IMG/VR virus record: IMGVR_UViG_3300025536_000005
Coordinates: 1 to 38,668 of that record
Direction: 5' to 3' (one strand)
From: a virus
Length of the DNA stretch: 38,668 nucleotides
In this document: positions 37,547 to 38,668 of the stretch, piece after piece
How the letters are laid out: every line of letters starts with the position of its first letter
Numbering within the stretch: position 1 is the stretch's first letter
The notes under the pieces: model-generated
Databases searched by the model: none
What the model saw: only the letters and a program-made list of their open reading frames with translations
Told to the model about the DNA's origin: nothing
Translations under genes and position numbers: made by a program

Positions 37547-38668
37547 TCAAAGACCTGTAACTGTGCAGAACGCGGCCGGGCGGTACACGACGAACGCGCA
37601 GCGGATGTCCGCGCGGATCGCCTGCTTGCCCTTGATGAAGTAGTCCGAGTGCGAGTCGGTCACCTTCATCTCGATGCCGCGGCGGATGGAGAGTTCGCTG
37701 AACTGCGCGAAGTCGCCGACCAGCGCGGTGTTCTCCGTGATGGCGTCGGACAGGGTCACCGAGATACCCCAGATGCGGGCCGGGCCTGCGTCCGAGGGGC
37801 TACCCCAGATGTAGACGCCGTCAGCGGTGCGCAGCAGGCGAACCGGCTGCCAGTCGTTCGGGTGGAACACGGCGGCACCGGGCGTTGCGCGTCCGGTGAC
37901 GAGCACCTTGTCCATCGCCTTGTAGACGGCGTCCGGCGTCGGGTCGGAACCCTTGGCCTGCGTCTGCGTGCCCGAGACGTCGAGGAATCCCGAGAGGTTC
38001 GGGCTCGTGCCGTCACCGACGAGGATCTGGCCGTCGAGGCGCTGCTGCACCATGAACGGCAGGCGGCGGCTGATGTAGCTGTTCGCCTGTCCCACGTCCT
38101 CGAGCTGCTCGTCCGTCACCGGGAGCCAGACACCGATCTTCTCGACCGGCGACGTGCGCTCGGTGAGTGCCAGCGCGGCCTCTCCGTACGTGCCGGCCTC
38201 CGCGACCTCTGCGGCGTTGTTCGTGAAGGTGGTCTCCTCCATGTACTTGACGGCCGACTGGTTGGTCGTGGTGGTCGGGATCAGGTCAGTGACCTGGATC
38301 GGACGAGTCGCGTAGTCCACGACGCGGCCGGTGCGGGTGACCTCCGAGTCCCAGCCTGCGCCGGTCTCGAACAGCGTCTTCTGCATGGCCTTGATATCCA
38401 TGTCGATCTCGATCGACTCGCCGCCCATGCGGAGCGCCTTCTTGCCCGAGGTCTCCCAGATCATCTCTCCGAGGGACTTGACGGGGGCGTCCGCGGTGCG
38501 AGCCTTCGCGCCCGGCGTGACGTGGCCGGGGTGACCCTCGACCTCCGACAGCGACTCGGCCGCACGCTGCGCGCGCTTGACCTCGGCGTCGGCCGCCTCG
38601 AACGGTTCGAGCTGCTTGCACAGGTCGTCGATTTCATCGTTGAGCGCCTTGAACTCAGCCACGCGGCC
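37547..38668 (-). CDS. Major capsid protein (HK97 fold), 3' part; continues across the circular junction to the ATG at 268
   Basis: The 371-aa track ORF shows typical HK97-type MCP features (TRPIQVTDLIP, ...GDFAQFSELSIRRG...). The apparent GTG start at 38662 is internal. Confidence 0.9.
   Translation of the reverse strand, partial: GRVAEFKALNDEIDDLCKQLEPFEAADAEVKRAQRAAESLSEVEGHPGHVTPGAKARTADAPVKSLGEMIWETSGKKALRMGGESIEIDMDIKAMQKTLFETGAGWDSEVTRTGRVVDYATRPIQVTDLIPTTTTNQSAVKYMEETTFTNNAAEVAEAGTYGEAALALTERTSPVEKIGVWLPVTDEQLEDVGQANSYISRRLPFMVQQRLDGQILVGDGTSPNLSGFLDVSGTQTQAKGSDPTPDAVYKAMDKVLVTGRATPGAAVFHPNDWQPVRLLRTADGVYIWGSPSDAGPARIWGISVTLSDAITENTALVGDFAQFSELSIRRGIEMKVTDSHSDYFIKGKQAIRADIRCAFVVYRPAAFCTVTGL
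38542..38668. repeat. Terminal direct repeat, copy 2
   Basis: Identical to bases 1-127. Confidence 0.95.

Larger units (their letters stand above)
1..38668. mobile_element. Complete temperate tailed-phage genome (siphovirus-like, HK97-type head), circularly closed; unique length 38,541 bp
   Basis: Complete head, tail, lysis, immunity, early and integration gene sets are present. The window ends are identical over 127 bp. Confidence 0.9.

Overview
The window is a complete, circularly closed genome of a temperate, siphovirus-like tailed phage or excised prophage. Bases 1-127 are identical to 38542-38668, so the unique length is 38,541 bp and the HK97-fold major capsid gene is split across the window ends. 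The sequence is GC-rich and almost every gene lies on the minus strand. Most neighbouring genes are linked by 4-nt ATGA/GTGA stop-start overlaps.

Gene order on the minus strand, in the direction of transcription:
- Immunity switch at about 23.9 kb, with a divergent RHH gene and an XRE repressor.
- Early genes: winged-helix protein, Gp157-like protein, ERF/Rad52-like annealing protein, HNH and DUF1376 replication-associated genes.
- About 14 tiny ORFan genes (13.7-19.0 kb).
- xis, then int, then an attP carrying the 3' part of a CAU-anticodon tRNA (about 12.3 kb).
- A translationally coupled block of Zn-ribbon/HTH regulators plus an SPPY DNA methyltransferase (7.6-12.2 kb).
- A 0.55-kb structured non-coding leader.
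- An RlpA-like wall hydrolase, a membrane protein and a fibre-like protein.
- terS, terL, portal-MuF fusion, protease and capsid (crossing the window junction).
- Head-tail joining genes, major tail, G/GT chaperone with a -1 frameshift, tape measure and tip proteins.
- CHAP endolysin and holin, then a strong terminator at about 25.0 kb.

Only the repressor and a secreted HExxH moron are on the plus strand. Leaderless promoters, a CHAP lysin without spanins, and actinophage-type fibre and terS motifs suggest a high-GC Gram-positive (actinobacterial) host. This host call is inference.

Most interesting unexplained signals:
1. A recurrent gene-boundary sequence kit (YTCGCCGCCAMC box plus a purine-rich SD plus overlapping stop/start) at about 10 consecutive early-gene junctions. 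Internal copies of it appear to mark gene fusions, and one junction shows an apparent stop-codon loss.
2. A structured leader in front of a wall-hydrolase gene whose transmembrane segment lies upstream of any canonical start codon.
3. A convergent, mutually overlapping gene pair at the repressor 3' end, next to a perfect 16-bp palindrome.
4. A roughly 43% GC island with hexamer repeats inside the replication-organizer gene.

No rRNA, complete tRNA, CRISPR array or transposase was seen. I cannot point to a recognisable defence or anti-defence system by sequence alone.
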